From assembly GCA_963810095.1 (NCBI GenBank), contig CAWEMM010000012.1, positions 640,001 through 704,000 on the forward strand: a DNA stretch of 64,000 nt. Direction: 5' to 3'. The notes below the pieces were generated by a model, which made no database searches, was not told where the DNA came from, and worked only from the letters and a program-made list of their open reading frames with translations. Positions 56,497 to 64,000 of the stretch are shown here, in pieces (positions within the stretch are counted from its first letter, which is position 1; the number at the start of each line of letters is the position of its first letter). A program made the translations under genes and the position numbers. This DNA comes from an uncultured Chloroflexia bacterium. GTDB taxonomy: Bacteria > Chloroflexota > Anaerolineae > CG2-30-64-16.

Positions 56497-56561
56497 GACC
56501 TTCGGGGTTTCGACCGCGAGCAACCTGACCGGGTCAGGCGCTCGGTGAAACCCCGAAGGTC
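56497..56561. repeat. REP-like palindrome
   Basis: gaccttcggggtttc...gaaaccccgaaggtc with an internal cctgac/gtcagg hairpin. Confidence 0.7.
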
Positions 56562-56576
56562 TCGGATTGGAGCGGG

Positions 56577-58086
56577 TTACGCGCTCTCGTAGAGCTTCGT
56601 CAGGACGAACTCGTCGTGGCGCAGGGCCTCGGCGGCGGTGAAGCGGCCGTTGATGGTGTGTTCCAGCACCTCCATCGCCTTGTCGGCGCCCTCGTCCAGG
56701 TTGATCTCGATGCGGAGGAGCCCGGTCAGGTCCACGTCGATGTGCTCGGACATCGTCGCGACGGTCAGCGGGTTCGCACACAGCTTGATGACGGGGATGA
56801 TCGGGTTGCCGATGATGTTGCCCTGCCCCGTGGGGAAGTAATGGACGACCGACCCGGCTGCCGCGCACAGGGTGACCATTTCGGCCGCGGCCGACGACGA
56901 ATCCATGAAGTGCAGGCCCGGGCCCTGGGGCTCCACGGCCTTGTCGAGCACGCCCACGACGGTGCAGCGCCCCATCTTCTGGATGTTGCCCATGGCCTTC
57001 TCTTCGATGGTGGTCAGGCCGCCGCGGATGTTGCCTTCGGTCGGCTGCGAGCCCAGCAGGTCGACGCCCTTGCTCTTCACGAGCGCCTGGTAGTCGTTGA
57101 AGAACTGCATGAACCCGTCGGCCACTTCCTGCGTCGCGCACTGGTTGGCGATGATGTCCTCGCCGCCCGTGACCTCGGTCGTCTCGCCGAAGATGAGGGT
57201 TGCCCCAGCGTCCGCCAGCCGCTCGAACACCCGGCCGACCGTGGGGTTCGCCGCCAGGCCCGACGTGGTGTCCGACTCGCCGCACTTGGTGCTCATGCAC
57301 AGCTGGTCGACGGTGAACGGCTCGCGCTGCAGCTCGGTGGCGTACTGCACGAACTCCATGGCCTTGCGCGCCGCCATCTCGATGGTCTTCAGGTCGCCGT
57401 AGCGCTCGATGCTGAACCCGGCGACCGGCTTGCCCGTCTCGGCGATCGCATCGACCACCCGCTGCGTCCACTTCGGCTCGATGCCGATGACGATGGCCGC
57501 GGCCACGTTCGGGTTGCGCCCGGTGCCCGCCAGCGTGCGGAAGGTCAGCTCGAGGTCCTCGCCGAACTGCAGCCGGCCGTATGGGTGCGGCAGGGCCATC
57601 GTGCCCTTGATCAGGCTGGCAACGCCGTTGGCGGCGGCATTGGAGATGTCGTCGATCGGCAGGATGATGACGTGGTTGCGGACGCCGAAGCGGCCGTCCG
57701 GGCGCTTGTAGCCCAGCAGCTTCATTTCCTCCGGCTTCTTGCCGCCCAGGGCCAGCCGCTCGGTGTGCTTCTGGACGATTTCCGGCGCGGGCGCCTCTTC
57801 CAGGCTCCACGCGCATCGTCTTCAGGTTTTGCGTGTGGACGTGGCCGCCGCAGGGGATGGCCGCAGTCGTCTGGCCGATCGTGCGCCCGTACTTGAGCAG
57901 CTTGTGCCCCGCCGGCATGTCGCGCATCGCAACCTTGTGGCCCAAGGGCACGTCGTTCACGACCTTGAGGCTGCCGTGCTCCTGCCCCTCCAGCGTGACG
58001 ACGCCCACTTCCTCGCCCGCGTGCAGGTCGCGCACCGCCACGCCGACATCGTCGATGAGTTCGTGAATCAGGATTCCGTGTGCCAT
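56577..58086 (-). CDS. suyAB: (2R)-sulfolactate sulfo-lyase SuyA (SAF domain) plus SuyB, probably one fused ORF with a 1-nt error near 57810
   Basis: SAF domain DVPLGHKVA..KYG..HVHTQN; SuyB signatures LPIDDISNAA, HPYGRLQFGEDLEL, KCGESDTTSG, SQPTEGNIRGGLTTIEEKA, MDSSSAAAE, EFVLTKLYESA. Confidence 0.9.
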
Positions 58087-58113
58087 GATGAGTGCCTTTC
58101 GTAAACGGGATTG

Positions 58114-58206
58114 GAATGGGACTCAGTTAACTGATCAAACTGATCGACCTGATCTTTCTTGAATATCATGAAGATCAGTCCGATCCGTTCGATCTGTGTC
58201 CCATTC
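58114..58206. repeat. Family A palindromic repeat, copy 6
   Basis: gaatgggactcag...gatctgtgtcccattc. Confidence 0.85.
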
Positions 58207-58214
58207 TGCGTTCT

Positions 58215-59431
58215 CTACAAGTCGATCCCGTTTTCGCGGAGCAGCTCGTCGATGAGCACGGGCTGCCCGGTCTTGACCGATTTTTCGGCCGCCGCGCCGA
58301 CGACGATGGACCAGAAGCCCTCGGCGGCTGTGGCCGCTGTCCTTGGCGCACCGTCGATGTTGTCCACAAAGCTGACGTGCTCGAAGTAGGTCGCGCCGTG
58401 GTGGCCGCTCGCCTGGATGAAGCCGGGTAGCACGGCGTGCCGATGCGGGTGGGCTTGCGGTCGCCGCACTTGATCTCGATGGTCGTGTCGGGCTGGCCCG
58501 CCGGCAGGAAGTCCTCGTTCTCCGACACCTTCAGCCGGCCGTCGTCGCCGCAGAGCACCATCTCCTCGTAGAACATGGGCGAGAACATGCAGAGGTTGAA
58601 GGTGGCCCGCACGCCGTTGGCGTAGTTGACGATGACGAACGGCGTTGTCGATGATGTCCGACTTTTCGCCCTCGTACTCGAAGTCGAGGAAGTTGACCGC
58701 CGCGCTGCCGCTCGCATACACGCTGACCGGCCGGGCGCCGGCGAACAGGTTCATCAGGTCGAAGTAATGGCAGCACTTCTCGACCAGCGTGCCGCCCGAG
58801 TACTTCGAGAACTTGTTCCACTGCTTCACCTTGTCGAGGAAGGGGAAGCGGTGCTCGAGGATGCTGATCGTCTTGATGTCGCCGATGGTCTTGCGCTCCA
58901 GCGCCTCGTGGATGGCCTCCACGTAGATGGGCTTGAAGCGGTACTGCAGCCCGATCTGGAAGACGGCGGGGTGCCGCTGCGCCATCTGCATGATGGCATA
59001 GGCGTCGCAGACCGTCGTCGCCATCGGCTTCTCGAGCAGGATGTGCTTGCCCGACGCGGCGGCCACCCGCACCACGTCGAGATGCGTGAAGTTCGGCGTG
59101 CAGATGATCAGGCCGTCGACCGCCGGGTCGTTGCACGCCGCTTCGAGCGAGTCGTACACGACCAGCTTTTCCCGCCCGGGCGGAACTGGGCGTGCATCCC
59201 CTGGGCGCCGGCAATGCTCAGCGGGTTCGGGTCGTACACGCCGTGGATGACCGCGCGGCCCTCCATGCCCGTCACCCGGATGTGCTCCTGCCCGTTGACG
59301 CCCGTTCCGATCACGTTGAAGCGGTAGCGCTCCTCTGCCGGTGCGAAGAGGTAGCGGTCTTCGGCCGGGATGTACGCGAAGACGGGGCTCCGCGCAAAGA
59401 CCTGGTTGCGGAATTCTTTACCGATTGGCAT
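58215..59431 (-). CDS. Gfo/Idh/MocA-fold protein, probable NAD+-dependent sulfoquinovosidase (GH188, SqgA-like); several frameshifts
   Basis: IGTGVNG, LEKP, GLQYRF, HRFPFLDKVKQWNKF..SGGTLVEKCCHYFDL, GHHGAT; located in a sulfoglycolysis operon. Confidence 0.75.
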
Positions 59432-59446
59432 AGCGTTATCCTCGAC

Positions 59447-60111
59447 TTATTCGTACGGCGTCTTGTCCCAGAAGCTGCAGAACCGCTTCAGCCCCTCGTC
59501 CGTCCACGGGTGCTGGACCATGCCCTTGTACACCGCGAGGCCCGCAGGTCACGATGTCCGCCCCGGCCACGGCCGAGTCCACGATCTGCCGGCCGTTGCG
59601 CACCGCACTGACGATGATCTCGGTCGGGAACTCGTAGTTGTCGCGCATCATCACGATTTCCTGGATGAAGCGCACGGTTTCTTCGCCGGTCTCTTCCTTC
59701 CAGCCGATGAAGGGCGAGACGAACGTCGCGCCGAGCCGCATGGCCTGCAGCGCCTGGCTGCCCGAGAAGACGAGGGTCAGGTTGACGCGGATGTTCTTCG
59801 GCCCGCAGGCCGCGCAGCGCCCGGAACCCGGGCTCGGTGGCGGGCAGCTTGATGACGAAGTTGGGGCTGAGCGCGGCCAGCTTCTTGCCCTCGGCCACCA
59901 TCTCGCGCCAGTCGTCGTAGTGCGGGTTGACCTCGACCGACACCGGCAGGTCTGTCCCCTTGAAGATCTCCGCGATCTCCTTGATCACGACCATGAACGG
60001 CTTGCCCGAAGCCTGCACGTGCCGGGGGTTCGTCGTCACGCCGTCGATCCCCACCATCTCCAGCGCGTACGTGATCTCGTCCGTGATCGCGCTGTCCAGG
60101 AAGAACTTCAT
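59447..60111 (-). CDS. sftT: Sulfofructose transaldolase (frameshifts near 59800 and 59540)
   Basis: MKFFLDSA, DGVTTNPRH, Schiff-base VIKLP, SPFIGWKE, VRNGRQI. Arg in TNPRH, Trp in GW and Arg in RNG match my recollection of the sulfonate pocket in Bacillus SftT/SqvA. Confidence 0.85.
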
Positions 60112-60248
60112 CCTTGCCTCCGAATGTGTGTCGTCGCCCGCGGGACCAATGTCGAGGCTACCACAAGGTGCCCGATGACATGGCTTCACAAAGCTCTGCA
60201 ACTATCGCCTGGCTTCCGTTTGTCTGTGTCTTTGTGTTAAAGTCATGT

Positions 60249-61197
60249 CTACCTGCCGCCGAAGCCCGTCGTTGCGACGCCCTGCACGAAGTAGCGCTGG
60301 GCGAAGACGAACACGATCAGGATCGGGATGAGCACCGCCGTCGACGCCGCGAACAGCAGCTCCCAGTTCCCCGTCATCTGCACGTCGTTGAGCGCGCGCA
60401 AGCCGAGCGCCAGCGTCCAGTTTTGCCGGCCGTTGATGTAGATCAGCGGCTGCAGGAAGTCGTTGTAGCTCTGCAGGAACGCGAACACCGCCACCGTCGC
60501 GATGACCGGCTTGGACAGCGGCAGGATGATGTTGAAGAGGATGCGGACGCGGCTTGCGCCGTCGACCAGCGCGGCTTCCTCCAGCTCCATGGGGATGGTC
60601 TTGAAGAACTGCCGCATCAGGAACACGTAGAGCGGCGCCAGCGCCAGCCAGAACGGCACGGTCAGCGGCAGGTAGTTGCGCGGCAGGTCGAACAGCGTGC
60701 CCGGCAGGTCGAGCACGTTGCCCGGCTTCGTCCAGCCAAGCGTCCTGAACTCGATGAACATCGGGATCATCGTGATGATCTCGGGCAGCATCATCGTGCC
60801 GAGCAGCATGCCGAAGAAGAAGTCGCGGCCGGGCCAGCGCAGCCGGGCGAACGAGTAGGCCACCAGCGACGACGACAGCACCACGCCCAGCACGGTCAGG
60901 AGGGAGATCTTGAAGGTGTTGACCGCAAACGTGGCGAAGGGCAGCAGCTGCCATCGCGTCGGCGTAGTTGCGCCACTGGGGCACGGCCGGGATCCACACG
61001 ATCGGGTTGGCGAAGATCTCGGGCTGGCTCTTCAGCGACGAAGAGACCATCCACAGCGTGGGGCCCAGGAACGTGAGCAGGATCAGCGTCATCAGGACCT
61101 GCAGGCCGATGATGCCCAGCCGGTCCATCGTCTTGCGCCGCGATTTGGCGGCCGCGTATTTTTCGGTCTCGACCGTTGGCGTGGCAGGGATGTCCAT
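60249..61197 (-). CDS. Carbohydrate ABC permease (MalG-like), frameshifted
   Basis: AYSFARLRWPGR, EAA motif ELEEAALVDGA, LPLSKP. Confidence 0.9.
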
Positions 61198-61206
61198 GGG
61201 GCGCTC

Positions 61207-62118
61207 CTACGACTCGTAATACACCCAGCGGCTCGACACGTAGAACTGCGACGATGGTCAGGCCGATGACGATGATGAAGAGCTCCCACGCCAGCGCGGA
61301 AGCGTAGCCCATGTTGAAGAACTGGAAACCGTTCCGGTAGATGTTGAGCACGACGAACAGCGTCGAGTTTTCCGGCCCGCCGTCGGTCATGATCAGCGCG
61401 GGGACGAACGTCTGGAACGAGTTGATGATCGCGATGATCATGTTGTAAAAGATCAGTGGCGTCATCAGCGGGACGGTGATCTTGAGGATCGAGGTGAACT
61501 TGCTCGCGCCGTCGATCTGCGCGGCTTCCTGCAGCTGGACCGGGATGTTGCCGAGGCCGGCGATAAAGATCACCATCTGGCGGCCGATCATCCAGAACGA
61601 CATGAAAGATGAAGGCGGGCTTGGCCAGCTCGGGCTTGAGCAGCCACGGCTGTGCCGGGATGCCCACCCAGCCGAGGATGGTGTTCAGGATGCCGAAATC
61701 GGGGTGCAGCACCCGCTGCCACACGACGGCCGTCGCGACGACAGGGATGATGATGGGCAGGTAAAAGCCCGCCCGGTACATCGCCCGGAACTTGAGCGGC
61801 TGGGTCAGCGCCAGTGCCAGCGAGAAGGAGATGACAAGCTGGAACGGCACGGCAAAGAGGGTGTAAATCGCGCTGTTCACCAGCGCCTTGCGCGCCAGCT
61901 CGTCGGTGAACACCCGCGTGATATTCGCCAGCCCGGCGAACAGCCGGCGGCGAGAGCAGGTCCCATTTCTGAAACATCAGGTAAATGGAGTAGAGCATGG
62001 GAAATGCGACGAAGGCGAAAAAGCCGATCAAGAACGGCGCAGCAAACAGGTAGCCTTGCAGCCATTCGCGGCGCTGAAATGACGACACGCGGCGCCTGGG
62101 TTGCGTTACAGCGGCCAT
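61207..62118 (-). CDS. Carbohydrate ABC permease (MalF-like), frameshifted
   Basis: GYLFAAPF, QEAAQIDGA, ITVPLMTP, MGYASALAW. Confidence 0.9.
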
Positions 62119-62136
62119 GCCGTACCTCCCGAAGCA

Positions 62137-62254
62137 GAATTGGACTCAGATTGAACTGATCTGACTGATTTGCCTGATCCTTCACCCTGGGCTGGCAGGG
62201 TAATCACGAACAAGATCAGGTGATCAGTCCGATCAGTCCAATCTGCGTTCTATT
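62137..62254. repeat. Family A palindromic repeat, copy 7
   Basis: gaattggactcagattgaactgatctgactgat...atcagtccgatcagtccaatctgcgttctatt, between the binding-protein and permease genes. Confidence 0.85.
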
Positions 62255-62257
62255 GCA

Positions 62258-63674
62258 CTATGCGCCGAGCGCGGCGTTCAGCTTCTCGTCGACCTGCGGG
62301 AAGACCTCGGCCGGCTTGGCGCTGCCGTTGTTGATCTTGTCCCATGCGGTCGGCTTCACGACCTCGGACCACATCTTCGAGCGCGGCACGTTGGCGCTGA
62401 CCACGTCGATCTGGCCTTCCTTGAACGCATCGAGGAACGCCTGGCCGTTCTCGATCTGGTACAGCTCCTTGGTGCGCGGCACCCACCAGCTTTGCGCCAG
62501 GTCGAGGTTCGACGGGATGCGGCCGGTGATGGTGGAGTACTGCTTGTTGCCTGCTTCGCTCACCAGGAACGCGGCGAACGCCCAGGCGGCCTCGGCCAGG
62601 TCGGTCTTCGGTGACCGCGACGCCTTCGCCCCAGCCGCGATGCGGCCGGCCCGAAACGTTGGGGGTCTTGGGCATGAGCACCACGTCGAAGGGCACTTCC
62701 TTCTTCTGCTCGCGCAGCTTCGGGCTGTTGAGCTGGGGCAGGAACCACGGCCCTTCGTACTTCATGGCGCACTTGCCGGTGTTGATCGTGTTCGCGCCGG
62801 ACGTGTCGGCCGGGCTCGGCGCGACCTTCCAGGTGTGGGGCATGTCGTAGGAGGTCGTGGTGATGCGGTCCACGATCTCGGGCTGGTTGAACATGGCCTT
62901 CTTCGGGTCGATGATCGTGTCGAACTCGCGCTTGCCCGTGCCGACGATCCAGCCGATGTCGCGGTACCAGTTGCCGTTGACCTGGTAGCCGAACAGGCCC
63001 TTGCCCGCGTCGGTCAGCTTCTTGGCCGTCTCGACGAACTCGTCGAACGTCCAGTCGGTCTTCGGGTAGGCCACGCCGGCGTCGTCGAAGATCTTCTTGG
63101 CGTAGAACATGATCATCGTCGCGGCCTGCAGCGGGATGAGGAAGGTCTTGCCGTTGCGCTTCGTGCTCTGCTCGACGCTGGTGTAGCCCGAGGGGTAGAC
63201 GTTGGTCACCTTGTCGCGGGTGATCCAGTCGTCGACCGGCTGGAGCAGGCCCTTGTCCGCATAGGCTTGCCACTCCCAGCCCTGGAAGGAGGCCAGGTTG
63301 GGCGGCGTGCCGCCGGCGAACATGGTCTGCAGCTTGGTGTAGTAGTTGGCGTTAGGGTCGGCAACCGGCGTGATGTTCACCACGTTCCCGGTCAGCTTGG
63401 TGTACTCGGGCCCCAGCACTTCCCAGGCCGGGACCGTCGGTCGTGTCGCCCCAGGCGAGGAACTCGATCGGGGCGAGCGCTGCCCTTCGCCGCAGGTGCG
63501 GCAGTCGGGGCGGCTGCGGCCGGCGCGGTGGTCGCCGCGGGCGCAGCCGTGGGGGCGCTGCGGCCGGTGCGTGGCCTGCTGGCCGCCGCATGCGGAGAGC
63601 AATGCGGCCGCCGCCAGGCCCCCGCCGCCCAGCTTCAGGAACTCGCGGCGGGACAACTTGGTCTGCTTGGACAT
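62258..63674 (-). CDS. Sugar ABC substrate-binding lipoprotein, Tat-exported (frameshifted)
   Basis: SRREFLK twin-arginine motif, LLSAC lipobox, KLQTMFAGGTPP, DWTFDEF, GPWF. Confidence 0.88.
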
Positions 63675-63748
63675 GTGCCTTTCCCTCCCTGGGTGGTGTT
63701 GAGATCGCGTCGTGGGGCCCGTGCGCAGCACGCCGCCTCATGACAGGA

Positions 63749-63799
63749 GTTGACTTACGACAGGCGTTGACCTACGACAGCTGTTGACTTACGACAGGC
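63749..63799. repeat. Three 17-bp tandem units spanning the isomerase stop codon
   Basis: gttgacttacgacaggc / gttgacctacgacagct / gttgacttacgacaggc. Confidence 0.8.
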
Positions 63800-64000
63800 G
63801 CAGCACGGGCAGGTCGAGCAGCCGCGCCAGCGCCAGCAGGGCGTCCAGGTGGTCGCCGTAGGTCAGGGAGATGTGGTGGTCCAGCCCTTCGGTCATGATG
63901 GTGTCGAAGCACCTCTTGGGCCGGGCGGTCGAACCGGATGCACGCCGGACGTGCCCGTGTAGCTCATCGGCGCGTGCTGCATTTCGCCCGCCGCCACGAC
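63789..64000 (-). CDS. L-fucose/L-arabinose isomerase family protein, C-terminus only; probable sulfoquinovose isomerase
   Basis: Manual translation (not in the ORF track): GEMQHAPMSYTGTSGV...TIMTEGLDHHISLTYGDHLDALLALARLLDLPVLRLS*; upstream of the transaldolase operon. Confidence 0.65.
   Translation of the reverse strand, partial: RGGGRNAARADELHGHVRRASGSTARPKRCFDTIMTEGLDHHISLTYGDHLDALLALARLLDLPVLRLS

Noticed and set aside
56577-57725. Altronate or galactarate dehydratase (uxaA/garD)
   Set aside because: HPYGRLQFG, KCGESDTTSG and MDSSSAAAE are SuyB-type rather than the UxaA-type GC and CGGSD motifs, and the neighbours are sulfonate genes.
59447-60111. Housekeeping transaldolase or fructose-6-phosphate aldolase
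   Set aside because: It has TTNPRH and GW instead of the usual TTNPSL and phosphate-binding GR.

Overview
GC-rich bacterial DNA, most likely Chloroflexota (Anaerolineae-like, inferred from protein C-terminal motifs and intergenic repeats). Many single-base frameshifts look like long-read errors. Contents in order: a pyrimidine operon (CAD-like pyrC, inversely fused pyrF-pyrE, pyrD); tyrosine phenol-lyase; a complete ISAs1 element with 10-bp target duplication; an M6 metalloprotease; a tRNA-Ile2(CAU) interrupted by a 300-nt Azoarcus-like group I intron; a 3.3-kb islet bounded by a degenerate copy of the tRNA 3' end; a MoxR/VWA operon; MFS pumps; NDH-2; and a Gld-like ABC system. The main finding is a minus-strand operon (48.5-64 kb). 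It combines a sulfo-transaldolase sulfoquinovose pathway (GH188-like SQase, isomerase, SF transaldolase, ABC importer) with a probably fused SuyAB, a LarA-family racemase, a YeiH exporter, an esterase and a W/Mo aldehyde:ferredoxin oxidoreductase. This suggests one organism can desulfonate sulfoquinovose completely, by a route I do not know to be described. Several families of palindromic intergenic repeats are also present. Family assignments come from motif recognition by eye, not from database searches.
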